A DNA stretch of 64,000 bases from the NCBI GenBank assembly GCA_951406725.2, contig OX597827.1:53320001-53384000 (forward strand). Direction: 5' to 3'. The notes beneath the pieces were generated by a model, which was not told where the DNA came from, did no database searches, and saw only the letters and a list, made by a program, of their open reading frames with translations. A program made the translations under genes and the position numbers. The stretch is from Octopus vulgaris. Lineage: Eukaryota. Positions within the stretch are counted from its first letter, which is position 1. Each line of letters begins with the position of its first letter. This document shows, piece by piece, positions 1-14,063 of this stretch.

Positions 1-88
1 AGATGAATTAAGACGATTTCAGCAAAAAAAAAAAAATCGCTGGAGACGGGGTCAGAAAGGGGAATTTCCGATGTCCGGATCATCACCG

Positions 89-150
89 CCCCTCCACTCC
101 CTCCGCTCCCTCCGCCCCCTCCGCTCCCTCCGCCCCCTCCGCCCCTCCGC
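89..150. repeat. GC-rich 9-bp minisatellite (ccctccgct/ccctccgcc units)
   Basis: About 6 tandem near-identical units directly visible. Confidence 0.8.
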
Positions 151-453
151 ATTTCCAACAGCTTACGAAGTCAGTGTGAGTGTGTGTGTGATGTACTGTA
201 AGAAGCAGCAATCACAGTGTCTCATTTGTGTACCCGGTAACACACTTACAGTGAACCAGTTGTTTATTTTCTGTGTCAACTTTTGTTCTTATGTGTAAAT
301 GAACCTTTAATTTCTCTCGATATATATGAGGTCTCTGAAATTGTACAATATATTTATTTGATCAGCGTGACATTTTGATTTGCTTCTCAAGTTCATACAA
401 ACACCCACACACACACGCACACGCACACGCGCGCGCGCACACACACACACGCA

Positions 454-484
<31 letters not shown>

Positions 485-816
485 GCACTCACACAAACAC
501 AAACACAAGAAGGATTGCTGAAAAGTTCCAGCCTTTAAGAGTATATATAATTATATAATTATATAAATATAAATATAATTATATAATTATATATTATATT
601 TTATATTTTATATTTCTATTTCCTTGTCTAATTATATTTACAATATATTTTGTATAATGCCTTTACTGTTATGTAATGGTGTAATAAAGTATTGATTGGG
701 TATCATCTGATGGTTGATGTTTGATTGATTTAAGTATGTTTCTCCATTTTCTAATTTTGTATATATATATATTATATATTATATATATATCATATATTAT
801 ATATATATGTATATAT

Positions 817-1203
817 AGGCGCAGAGTGGCTGTGTGGTAAGTAGCTTGCTAACCAACCACATGGTTCCGGGTTCGGTCCCACTGCGTGGCATCTTGGGCA
901 AGTGTCTTCTGCTATAGCCCCGGGCCGACCGAAACTGAAAGAAGCCTGTCGTATATATGTATATATGTATATATATCTATGTATGTGTGTGTGTTTGTGT
1001 GTCTGTGTTTGTCCCCCTAGCATTGCCTGACAAGCGATGCTGGTGTGTTTACGTCCCCGTCAATTAGCGGTTCGGCAAAAGAGACCGATAGAATAAGTAC
1101 TGGGCTTACAAAGAATAAGTTCCGGGGTCGATTTGCTCGACTAAAGGCGGTGCTCCAGCATGGCCGCAGTCAAATGACTGAAACAAGTAAAAGAGTAAAG
1201 AGT
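817..1203 (+). mobile_element. tRNA-derived SINE family A (CORE-like, octopus OR-type)
   Basis: A-box tggctgtgtgg, B-box ggttcggtcc, CORE-like cttgggcaagtg motif, internal (TA/TG)n, tail gaaacaagtaaaagagt; near-identical copies elsewhere in the window. Confidence 0.85.
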
Positions 1204-1276
1204 ATATATATAAACACACACAAATACATACATACATACATACATACATACATACATACATACATACATACATACA

Positions 1277-1348
<72 letters not shown>

Positions 1349-1422
1349 TATATATATAAACACACACAAATAGATACATACATATATATATATATATATG
1401 TAAGAACAAACAGCTGAAAAAG

Positions 1423-3532
1423 ATGGAACTTTACTCGCTGGATTTTTCTCAGAAAAATATACCTATCCCTGCACGGAAACAATATCTCAAAGGTCTTATA
1501 GAGAAAACGGAAGAGTTTATTCGAAGATTGAGATGGAAAGCCTTCTTCTTTGATAATAAACAAAAAATAGAAGGAAACAAATATGGATTTAAGTCTCCCA
1601 GAAACCCGCCACCCATTCCGGAATTAGAAGCCTTCGAGAAAGACCTTTTCGAGCTTATTAGAAAAATTAAATTCCGCAAATATACCAACCAATTACAGAA
1701 AAATATGAGAGAAAAAATTAAGGAGATTAACGACTCGAATAAGATCTTCGTTAATTCAGATAAGACAAGGAACTTATATGCACTTGATAAGGACGTTTAT
1801 AAGCGCCTGATTTCGAATAGTGTCACAGACACATACAAAAAAGACAACACGAATATATACAAAGAGGTGAACTTAGAAGCAAGAGGAATAGCTAACGATC
1901 TTAAGATTAGCGATAGGATTGAATATCTTTCACCACGACCAGCTTTTATTACTCTGAAAGACCATAAAGCCAATTTTAGTAGAAACCCCAAATGTAGATT
2001 GATAAATCCGGCTAAAACTGAGATAGGAATTATTAGCAAAAATATTTTTGACCGTATTTTAGTTAAGTTAGATAGTGAAGTAGACTTGAGAATTTGGAAA
2101 ATAGTAAGTCAGTCATAGAGTGGTTTAAAGGTATTAGCTATAAGAATAATTGTAGTTTCACACAATTCGACATTATTGACTTTTACCCGTCAATATCTAG
2201 GACGTTGCTCCTAAGGGCATTGGACTTCGCCAAGCAGTATGTCAACATCGATAGCTCGGAAATTGATATTATTTTTTCGAGGATTCCACCTGGATTAAGA
2301 AGACTGAGGATTCTCTTTTCGATGTACCGATGGGGGCATACGACGGGGCTGAGTCATGTATGCTCATAGGAGCCTTTATTCTCCATAACCTAAAAATAGA
2401 ATTCCCATTTATAGATGCAGGTTTATATAGGGATGACGGCCTTATAGCCACGCATAATCTAAACGGCCATGAATCAGATAGACTTAGGAAGGACCTCATA
2501 GCTTTCTTTCAAAGGATGGGCTTACGGGTTATGATAGATGCTAACCTGAATAGTGTAGATTTTTTAAACGTAAATTTTAATGTAAGATCGGATAGATTTA
2601 AACCTTTCCGTAAGCCTAATGAAAAGCTATCGTATATTAGCAAAGATTCGAACCATCCACCAGTTATCCTTAGCAACTTAGTCAGCAATGTAGGTAGAAG
2701 AATATCTTCAATTTCTTCGGACGAGGCAGCATTCCATAATGCTGCACCTTATTACGATAGCGCATTAAAGAATAGTGGATTCTCTGAGAAGATCCAGTTC
2801 AACCAGCTTAATGCTGATAATAATGCTGCACGAAGAACTAGGACCAGGAAAGTTTTGTGGTTCAACCCGGCTTTCAATTTGGCCGTAAAGACTAATATAG
2901 GTAAGGAATTTTTGAGATTAGTTTCTAAGCATTTTAAGCAGGGTCATAAATTCTATAGGATATTTAATAGAAGAACCCTGAAGGTTAGCTATTCTTGTTG
3001 CAGAAATTTCGCCTCTTACATTAGCCAACATAATAGGAAGCTAATTGAGATTAGACATGGTGCCGAGCCCATTAAGAAATGCAATTGCAAAAACGAAAGC
3101 TCCTGTCCGTTAGAAGGGAAATGTCTAGTGAAAGGAGTAGTTTATAGAGCCAAGGTGCAAGTGGAAGGCTCATCGGAATACAAGACATACACAGGGGCTT
3201 CAGAAAATTCATTTAAAACAAGATTTTATTCTCATAAAAATTCATTTAAATACCCAGAGAATAGGAAGAAAACCAGCCTAGCAAAATATGTCTGGGAACT
3301 AAAAGAAAAAGAAGCCCCACCTTTCAACGTGACATGGAGCATTCTGGACAGGGTGGCACCATACAGGCATGGAGCATACAAAAATAATTTCAAGTGCAAA
3401 CTTTGTCTGTTAGAAAAAATGTACATCTTATTCAAAGACAATAATTCTTTGAATCAAAGACGTGAGCTAATGAACTTATGTATGCACGCGGCTAAATTTA
3501 AAATGTCGAATATAAATATACCATATGGATAG
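1423..3532 (+). pseudogene. PLE reverse transcriptase/GIY-YIG endonuclease ORF with two frame breaks (~2100 and ~2275)
   Basis: Motifs KNIPIP, RRLRWKAFFF, DKTRNLY, AFITLKDHK..NPKCRLINPAK, FDIIDFYPSI, MGAYDGAE, LYRDDGL, WFNP, KVSYSC, CNC..CPL.GKCL, GVVY..YTG..FKTRFYSH, CKLCLLEK, ELxxxCxH across ORFs 1423-2118, 2094-~2275 and ~2275-3532. Confidence 0.9.
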
Positions 3533-4617
3533 AGTATATATTTTGCATTTTTGATTTTTGAAATTTTGATTTTGACTCTTGAACGATGAGCGCTACGATG
3601 GATTTCGTTTCCAAGCTATGCGGATCTTAATCCGTATAGCAAAGTCTTATGTTTCTACATATACATTAGGAAAAACCTCCGACTTTGTTTCCATGTTATT
3701 GTATTGTATAGGATTACATTGATTATTTATATTACCTTGATTATTTATAAATGATCCAAAATAGCGTGTTATATTTTATTTTATATGTCTTTCGTATATA
3801 TTTTTATTAATGCACCCATTTTTTTTAAAAAAAGCAATGTTTTTTTAAAAAGCAATGTTGTCAAAATTAGAATGTTGATATAAGTATGTGTATAACTATG
3901 TATTTGTAAGCATGCGTATTTGTGTATGTGTAAGTGAGAGTATGTTTGTGCTTAAGCACACATATACACGACTGTATGTATATGTATCCATTCGAACTTG
4001 TGCTTGTATACTTGTCTCTATATATATGCCAATAACGCCGTTACATAGCTAGTATACATAATTTTTTCTTTTTTCTTATTTCGTTTTTTTCCCCACCCCT
4101 CCTTCGTTCCCTTTTCTCTCTCTTCCTTTCTTTCGTTTCCCCCCTTACTCAGTATATGAGAATCGCTACATAGATGATTTTTATCTTGCGTGCGAGATGG
4201 TTTGCGTGAATATATGTACACATGCATTTATGTGTATATTTAGATTTATATTCATACGTCTGTATATGTATGGCGTTTGCGCGCATCCTTTTGTGTATGT
4301 TGATATATATATGTACATCTTAATATAAATATGTATTGCAGTGTAATATTTATAACAGGTTTAATTTCTATGCATTAATTTATACCTTCTTCATTAATGT
4401 CAATATGTATTTTATTCAATGTAAGGTTTTCCTCGGATTTTATAATTTTTATAAGTTTTTTATATATATATACATATATTTTTGACCTTTTTGTTTATCG
4501 CTCGAAGATTGACCGTTTTTTCTAAAGGGCCAATCAAACAAGTCCATTTCTTTTTAAAGGTGTAGCGTTCGTAAGAGTCTAGATTGAATTGATATATCGG
4601 TTCCATTCTAGCAAAAA

Positions 4618-4655
4618 CTGTCTGATGAACGGCAACGAGAAACTCAGAGTAACAG
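4618..4655 (+). ncRNA. Minimal type-I hammerhead ribozyme in the PLE 3' UTR
   Basis: ctgt-CTGATGA-a-cg(gcaa)cg-a-GAAA-ctcaga-GTA-acag: stem I ctgt/acag, intact core, GUA cleavage triplet. Confidence 0.8.
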
Positions 4656-4687
4656 ATTCTGTTGAATTTTCTGCTGCTTAAAATAAA

Positions 4688-5903
<1,216 letters not shown>

Positions 5904-5905
5904 TA

Positions 5906-5937
<32 letters not shown>

Positions 5938-6293
5938 CATACAGTCACACACACAAACACACACACGCACACAAACACACACACACACACATACGTACAC
6001 ACACATAAATACACACACACACACATATGAAATACATTTGCCAACTAAATGTGGCGATCCTATAGAGGACGGTATTATTGTTGATTTTAGCCCCAGGAAG
6101 ACATCTCCTCCTGGGTCAAATCTTGACGAAACTTATCAAAGATTCTAAGTATGTAATACATATATACATATATACATGCATACATATATATTATACATAC
6201 ATTCACGTACCCGTACACACACATATGCATGTATATATGTATGTGTGTACGTGTGTGTATATGCCTGCGTGTGTGTGTATATACATACATATA

Positions 6294-7740
6294 CAGTAGA
6301 GGCCATAATATAAGGGTCAGTAAGAACAAGTGCATTGAAATATTTATTATAGAAGATTAACAGATCGTTGAGATTAGGTATTTTACGCATATTTATATAT
6401 ATCCAATATCTGTCTTCTGTGAAAATTGTAAGTGAATCGAATAGATATTTCGTAAGTTATAAGGAAGTAAACAAATAATCTTCCAAACTGCAACGGCTAA
6501 AAGTTAAGTGTCACTTAGAAAAACAATGAAAAATGGAACAAGAACAAAAAAGAAACCCTTACTATTAATATTTTGGGAACATCCCTTTACTATCGACGAC
6601 CTCCTGACATCTGTTACCTCAAGACTGAATTAATTTCTTGCAAAATGATGGAATAATATTGTTACATTCGTTTTTCAATAGCTCCCAGAATTCATCTTGA
6701 GCCGTTGGATTTCTCCTTCGCGCCCTATCTACAATTATCTTCCAAACGTCTTCTATAGGACTGGGATCAGGGCTTTGAGGTGGCCAGTTCATGAGATCAA
6801 CCCCTTCATCATTCAAAAAATCTTTGACTCTAAGAATCTGCTTGTAGATTTCAGCATTGACAGTCTCTTGTAGGCGAATAAGTGGACCAGGACTAGCAGC
6901 ACAGAACACTCCCCATACCATTAAACTGCCACCTCCATATTCCACTGTTTTCTTCACACATGCACGAGATAACATTTCGCCACTTCGTCGGAGTATACAT
7001 CCTACCATCGGATCCAATCGCATTAAACTTCAATTCATCGTTTTTGAAAATTAGACTTGAATATTCTCAAACATTGGATAACAGAAATAATGCATTTGCG
7101 GTATATTAGGAGCTCAACTAAGATGATAGCAAAAGGATAGCATGTCCAAACGACATGTTCGTGAGCGAAACGATGACGGGCTCTTTGATTCTTCTTGCCC
7201 GAGCTAGCAACCCAGAACCTCGTAATCTCCGAGAAACTGTTTAGCGCGATACGTTGACATCGAAAGTGGATTTAAACTCGCAGGATATTTCAGCAGTACT
7301 CTTAAACCAATCCTTCAGTAACATTCTAACCATAATACAATCCTGTCTTGGTGAAGTTTTACGGGATCAACCGGTTTTGGGTTTAGCATCTGTCGATCCT
7401 GATGACTTAAAACGAGCTACGATTCGTTGCAAAACATTTCTAGACCTTCCTACAGTAGTTACTATCACAGAATTTGACTTGCCCTCTTTGTGAAGGCAGA
7501 CAATCCTTTTCATCACAAGGCACCAGTCGTCTCTCACAGCCGTCATGTTAACCGTTGAATGTTCCAATAATGTAATATCATAAGTGGTGACTGTTAGCCC
7601 ATTAACAATCTTCTAAACAACAAATACTTCGGCTAGAAGTTCAATTTTTCTGAGTGACCCTTAAATTTTGGCTGCTGTAATTTGGAAGATTTTTTGTTTC
7701 CTTATAACTTACGAAATATTTATTCCATTCACTTGAAATG
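6294..7740 (-). mobile_element. Decayed Tc1-like (DD34E) transposon
   Basis: TA-cagt terminus at 6294; HTH region (7367-7567); YGGGSLMVWGVF and WPPQSPDPSPIEDVW motifs (6619-7023); other end not found. Confidence 0.8.
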
Positions 7741-7744
7741 TTCC

Positions 7745-8238
7745 ATCTGAAAATCGTCGTCCCAGAGTGTCGTTTCTTTTCCATCCTCCAAGTAAAGTTA
7801 TGCAGGAGAATGGAAAAGTAACGATACTCTGGGACTATGATTTTCAGATGGATGTAATCGAACACCGTCGGCCGGATATTGTCATATTGAATAAGAGAGA
7901 CAAATACTGTCCGATCATTGATGCAGCCATACCAAATGACATGAATGTTGTGAGTAAAGACGTTGAAAAGTACTACGAATTGAAAGTGGAAATGGCAAGA
8001 CTGTATGGAATGCGAGAGGGTAATGTAAAAGCGATACCAGTGGTGATCGGAGCGCTGGGCTCAACCCCATTGAAACTTCAAAACTTTCTAAGGCAACTGG
8101 AAATCCCATGCAAGATTGATGTCTTGCAAAAAGCAGCCTTATTGAGCACAGTATTATCTGTCTGAGGTCCTTGTGACTAAAGACTCCGGTGCATTTTTAC
8201 CTACACTGTGTTACGAAGGAATAACAACAACAGCAATA

Positions 8239-8307
<69 letters not shown>
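7745..8307 (+). mobile_element. 5'-truncated RLE-type (R4/Dong-like) LINE with (AAT)n tail
   Basis: ILWD..RRPDIVIL..IIDAAIP.D..KY.EL..IPVVIGALG restriction-like endonuclease motifs. Confidence 0.8.
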
Positions 8308-8308
<1 letters not shown>

Positions 8309-8309
8309 G

Positions 8310-9194
8310 AGTACCTGGAAGTGGCTCTCATAATATGTCCTGATGCTATACCAGGCAGTGACTCATGGTTTCTGATCTTAACTGATTGGATGTGTTATCA
8401 TGTACATTGTTTTGTCTTGGTGTAAAAGATGTGCTACAGCAAATATTCTGTTCAATACCACAGATTTCCTTGTCAGTTGTTTCACCTTAACTAGTTCAGC
8501 ATGTTCCTTAGTGGCTGACTGACAATATGTGCATCTCTGATCATGAGCAGAAATAGTTTGGATAATTCACTTTGGAAACATGGGTGTTTTGTCCAACATC
8601 CTTAAACAACCCTTCATGGTCCTTTTGAGCGGGATGCGAGATTTTTTTCCCCATGAGAGTTCTGGACCCCAGTTATGCATAAAACCAATCAGAGCTCAAC
8701 TATCAAACTAATTTATGAACGCATAAGGTCACTTGGTTAGGGAATGATTATCCATTTTTTCTCTTATAATAACGCTTGTTGTTCTTGTTCTTGTTTCAAC
8801 CATGGCTGTATCTGCGTAGTTATTTGTGTTGTGGGAGCACAATACAAGATTCGCATGGCAATCGGAGGTCGCCATTTTGAATTCCAACCTTTGCTAACTT
8901 GATAAGGTCAAGGTGAACTGCAAGCTGCATGCAAATGAGTTCATTACCGGGGTTCGAAACTCTCATGGGAAAAAAAATTCAGTATGGGATACTCGACCTG
9001 AATTCTAACTGGGTCCCACCTGCAAGGTCATGCGCTGTTTATCTTCATATGAAATCACCATGTTGCGCACATATGGTTGTGATGCATGTCCCTGGTGTGC
9101 CCTCATTAGACGGGTAGTCATGATGGTTATACTGAGCTTCACATATTTAACCCCAGTATCACTTTGATGGTATGCACTGCTCTCTCACTCAGTT

Positions 9195-9267
<73 letters not shown>
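8310..9267 (+). repeat. Non-coding (AAT)n-tailed repeat (LINE 3' UTR or derived SINE), interrupted by a MITE
   Basis: Segments 8376-8480 and 9050-9190 recur at 9270-9370 and 9685-9826; each copy ends ctctctcactc followed by (aat)n. Confidence 0.65.
8640..8980. mobile_element. MITE-like non-autonomous element
   Basis: Imperfect ~30-bp TIRs ttttttccccatgagagttctggacccc / ggggttcgaaactctcatgggaaaaaaa; interrupts the surrounding repeat. Confidence 0.6.
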
Positions 9268-9271
<4 letters not shown>

Positions 9272-9387
9272 TTAACTTATTGGAAGTGTTACCATGTATA
9301 TTGTTTTGTCTTGGTATGAACAATGGGCTACAACAAATATCCTGCTCAATACCAGAGATGTGTTTGTTAGTATCTTCCAGAAACTGT

Positions 9388-9458
9388 GGGCATATGGCGT
9401 AGTGGTTAAGAGCGCGGACTAGTAACCCCAAGATTCAGAATTCGATTCCAGGCAGTGA

Positions 9459-9505
<47 letters not shown>

Positions 9506-9684
9506 TCGAAAAATACCTTAGGAATGAGAACCCAGGTTCGAAATATCCCCAAGACACCTGATGAAGGCTGGAGGGTATATCAGCCGAAACGCTGTGTTAA
9601 CAAGGAAGATGAGGACAAATATCTGTCAAATGTAAATAATGTAAATAATGTACATAATTCCTCATCTCTTAAATATAGAACTGT
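9388..9684 (+). mobile_element. tRNA-headed SINE family H carrying a hammerhead motif
   Basis: A-box tggcgtagtgg, B-box-like aattcgattcc, internal (AAT)n, hammerhead at 9553-9598 (triplet mutated to GCU); two more copies at 44327-44836. Confidence 0.8.
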
Positions 9685-9825
9685 AAGATCACCATGTCGC
9701 GCACATATGGTTGTGATACATGTGCCTGGCGTACTCTTATCAGACGGGTAGTTTTGATGGGTATACTGGGCTTCGTATATTTGTGCCCCAGTGTCACTTT
9801 GATGGCATACACTGCTCTCTCACTC

Positions 9826-9887
<62 letters not shown>

Positions 9888-10625
9888 GACCAAAAGCACA
9901 AGACCAAAGCCTCCCCACCAGAAATTGCCAAAAACATGTAATGAAAAGAAATATAACAAGTAACTGCAAAATATGTGGAGATGGACAAGAAACAATAACT
10001 CATAATATCTCTGGCTGCCCAGTCCTGGCTAAGAAGGAATATATTCACAGACATGACAGAGTTGGAACCTACATACACTGGAAGCTATGCCAACATTATG
10101 GAATAACAACAGAAAAAAGATGGTATAGGCACACACCAGAAAAGGTCACAGAAAACGAAAAAGCAACCATACTCTGGGATATGCCGATACACACAGATAG
10201 AGAAATTAAGACCAACAGACCAGATATAGTTGTCAGAGATCATGAAGAAAAAAATGCTTTCTAATTGATGTATCAATACCGGCAGATGACAACGTGTCTC
10301 TAAAAGAAATGGAGAAACTTTCAAAATATAAAGACCTGGAAATGGAGGTAACCAGAATGTGGAATCTAAAAACAGAAACAATTCCTATCATAGTAGGTGC
10401 ATTAGGCATGATAAAAAATATTCAGACAAATACATAACAAAAACACCAGGACTTACAAACACATATGACATACAGAAAATTGCACTACTAGGCACTGCAC
10501 ACATCCTACGCAGAACACTTTCCATACAATAACCATCAGAGCATCACAACAAATCACAGCACATACCTAAGGCGCACAGAGCTGCGCTCGGTAGTGAAGT
10601 GAAAGCACGCTATAAAATTAAACTA

Positions 10626-10629
<4 letters not shown>
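9888..10629 (+). mobile_element. 5'-truncated R4/Dong-like RLE LINE flanked by (AAT)n
   Basis: CKIC..ETITH..SGC zinc knuckle, YIHRHDRV, ILWD, NRPDIVV, KYKDL; (AAT)n on both sides. Confidence 0.85.
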
Positions 10630-10716
<87 letters not shown>

Positions 10717-10734
10717 GCAACAACAACAACAACA

Positions 10735-11880
10735 AAGACTTTACCTTCCAAGAAAAGAGGGTGGCCGTGGACTTTTACAACTGGAATTAACAAGGAAGAA
10801 TGCCACAATTGGCCTAAATATCTACCTGAAAAACTTTGATGACGGGATGTTAAAACTTGTCTTAAAGCATGAGAGCAAGAAAACATCATACTCAGTAACA
10901 AAACGGGAAAAGAAATATTGAAATGAATTCCAAATACAACACTTTCCAGAAACAAGCACATATAAAGCTAAGCGTGCGAAAACCCGTGCTAAAACTGCTC
11001 CCTTAGATGTTCTTAGTGATAAATGGCAAGAAAAAACCTCTGAATGGCAAATACCCACATAGCTAATAATGCAGATATTGACAAAGCTCTTATCTATGAA
11101 TGGTTAGTGTCTTCTGGCTTAAAATCAGAGACAGAAGGGTGTATCATAGCAGCTAAAGATCAATGGCTGCCTACAAGAAGCTACTAGGCGAACATATTAA
11201 TGAATGGCAGTAGCCCGACATGTCGTGTACGTAAACAAAATGAAATCATCGATCATGTTGTCTCCGCGTGCAGTTTTTTTTCACCTACAGAGTATCTGAG
11301 CATGCATGATAGAGGGGCACAGTATACTCACTAGGTAATTTGCAATCACTTCGACTTTCCCTATGATAAAAACTGGTGGGAACACAAACCATCTCCAGTG
11401 CTTGAAAATGACTATATCTCACTTCTCTGGAACTTAACCGTTCAAACTGACAGAAAGATAGATGCAAATAGGCCAGACATTATTATATTGAAGGACTTCA
11501 GACAAAAATCATGCCTCCTCATTGATATGTCTGTCCCAATCGACATAAATTCATCTGTCATGACCTACCTAAATTTGAGAAAGTATAAAGATCTTCAAAT
11601 AGAAATTAGCAACATGTGGAGCCTCAAGACTAAAACAATACCTGTTGTCATAGGTGCCATAGGAATGATACCAAAAGGAGCTGATTGTAATCTCAAGTTT
11701 TAAAACAAACTTATAATTTTCTTTTGCTTTCTTGAACATTCTCTAGAACAATACTTTGTACAAAACCAAATATATGGCACCCTAGTCATAACACAAACAT
11801 GAACTTCTAACTTGTCTCTTGGGGTTCCCTGGGTGAGACTTGGAGTCAACTTGTACAAATACAAAACAAAAGTCAAACAT

Positions 11881-11882
<2 letters not shown>
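10735..11882 (+). mobile_element. Decayed R4/Dong-like RLE LINE fragment flanked by (AAT)n
   Basis: LKSETEG, LLWN..ANRPDII..LIDMSVP.D..KYKDL..IPVVIGAIG motifs. Confidence 0.8.
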
Positions 11883-11926
<44 letters not shown>

Positions 11927-11937
11927 CAACAATAATA

Positions 11938-12215
11938 GAGGATTGAGGTAACTTCTCCAGAAGATATAGAGTCAAAATTAAAAGAAGAGTGCCATTGTTA
12001 TCTAGTGAACGATATTTCGACATCTTGAGTGTCTTCAACTGGTTCAAAAAATAAATTTGTCAATCTACTTCATTTTGGTTAATATATAAAGGATTGAGGT
12101 AACTCCCCCTGGAGATATAGAGTCAAAATTAAAAGAAGAGTGCCATTGTTATCTAGTGAACGATATTTCGACATCTTGAGTGTCTTCAACTGGTTCAAAA
12201 AATTATTTGACATCT
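11938..12215 (-). repeat. Tandem ~112-bp duplication, each copy with a hammerhead-shaped motif
   Basis: 11938-12050 is nearly identical to 12090-12202; motifs at 12006-12046 and 12157-12197. Confidence 0.7.
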
Positions 12216-12489
12216 TGATGCGGGCGGTTTCGGACGTGCCAGGTGGGAAATCTTCATGATCGGCTATAGCTTCATTCTCGTCGATAATTTTTTCTTTTTT
12301 GTATTGTATCATGATTTCATGAGGCGTTCGAGGGGTTCCCACGAGAGTTGTTATGGAGGTCCCATCTCTCTTTTCCTCTCTTTATTTGTATATACACGTG
12401 CACATGTATGTACATAGGCATATATATATAAATAAAGTCTCGCATCGTGTCGCATACATAACCACAGTGATTATCATTACTACCATCGT

Positions 12490-12678
12490 TCTACCTCTAG
12501 CATTTAAAATTATAAATAATAATATGGGTCCCAGTAAATTGCAGCAGATCTTCGTCACTATTTATCAAATACTCGGCAAGCATTCTCCTTTCACTCTTTA
12601 TACAATGGTCTATACTAATCAGTCCTCTGCCATCATTCTTTCTTTTCATATACAGTCTGTTTACTTTTGCAGTTAACA

Positions 12679-12680
<2 letters not shown>
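12490..12680 (-). mobile_element. R4/Dong-like LINE fragment next to (ATT)n
   Basis: RLYMKRKNDGRGLISI motif typical of the RLE-LINE thumb region. Confidence 0.7.
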
Positions 12681-12719
<39 letters not shown>

Positions 12720-12860
12720 CTGTGCGATAAGGAGACAAAAAGGCCTCACACCCTTTGGATCAGCGGAGGTCAAATGTGTTTACTACTCCGAGCGATCAGT
12801 GAGAACGCTGACCTTGGCCTTGAAAAGAAGCAATTCACCTTGATCTATTTTTATACATAC

Positions 12861-12956
<96 letters not shown>

Positions 12957-13116
12957 ATTAATGTTCACATTGTTGTTTGACTTTCTGAATTTTTTCTTCC
13001 TTTTCTTTTTATGAGTTTTGCTGTGGTTTACACTTTTGTAATTGTGCAGTTTGTATATATTGGCAGGTGCTTACCTCCTTAATTTTTTTCTTTTTCCTGT
13101 GCATTTAATTGTGCTG

Positions 13117-13610
13117 TTGCAATAAAAGGTATGTTTACATATTCGGGTAGTCAGGGACAAAAGAAAGACAAAATTTTCACACAAAATTGTAGATATTAAA
13201 GTTTTAAAGTTCTCTAGAGATGTTCGTTTGTATGTCCAATTAGAGCAGACAGTAGTGTTTTTGCAATAAAAAAGGATGTTTACATTTTCTAATACTCAGG
13301 GAGAAAGAAAAGGAAAAGAAAGAACAGAAAAGGAGAGTAAAATTTCCACAGATAGATATTAAAGTTTTTTTAGATTTACTAAAGATGATCTTTTGTATGT
13401 CCGAACAGAGAAAACTGTAGTGTTCTTAGAATAAAAAGTATATTTACATTTTCGAATACTCAGGGAGAAAGGAAAGGATAGATATTCACAGAAGTTGTTG
13501 ATACTAAAGTTTTTAAAGCTGACCGTTTGTGTGTTTGAAAACTGTAGATATGTAAGTTTCTTATTTAAAATACTCACAGGAAATTGTAGATATTCCAATC
13601 TTTGAGAGTT
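13117..13610. repeat. Degenerate tandem repeat, ~150-bp unit, about 3.5 copies
   Basis: Recurrent aataaaa..tttacattt..actcaggga..gatattaaagttttt blocks near 13119, 13263 and 13429. Confidence 0.65.
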
Positions 13611-13664
13611 ATTATTATTATTGTTCTTCTTCTTCTTCTTCTTCTTCTTCTTCTTCTTCTTCTT

Positions 13665-13695
<31 letters not shown>

Positions 13696-13715
13696 TTATT
13701 ATTATTATTATTATT

Positions 13716-14002
13716 AATGTTTAGCGGTATTTCTCGCGTCGCAACGTTCTGAGTTCAAATTCCGCCGAGGTCGATTTTGCCTTTCATCCTTTCGGGATCG
13801 ATGAATTAAGCGCCAGTGAAACACTGGGGCCGATGTAATCGTCTAGTCTCCCTTCCCCAAATGTCAACCCTTCTGCCCATAGTAGAAAGGCATATTATTA
13901 TTATTAATGCTTAGCAGTATTTCGCCCGTTGCTACTTTCGATTACATCGATGCATCTCCTCTCCCAAAATTGCTGCCCTTGTGGCAAAAGTTAAAACACT
14001 GA

Positions 14003-14063
<61 letters not shown>

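Noticed and set aside
1045-1409. Many ORFs rich in YI/CV/HT/YLSI or poly-I/N/Y (also at 34132-34688, 60699-61332 and elsewhere)
   Set aside because: These are translations of stop-free microsatellites, not proteins
2090-2285. Programmed frameshifting in the PLE ORF
   Set aside because: Both breaks sit in homopolymers and one appears to remove conserved residues, so decay or sequencing error is simpler
2330-4600. Selenoprotein/SECIS, as reported for some Naiad elements
   Set aside because: No in-frame TGA, and the conserved Cys positions are ordinary Cys codons; the hairpin at 3615-3640 lacks SECIS AUGA/GA geometry
9388-9460. tRNA genes at SINE heads (also 817, 20330-20402, 44520-44592)
   Set aside because: A/B boxes are present, but the cloverleaves are imperfect and each runs into a repeat body
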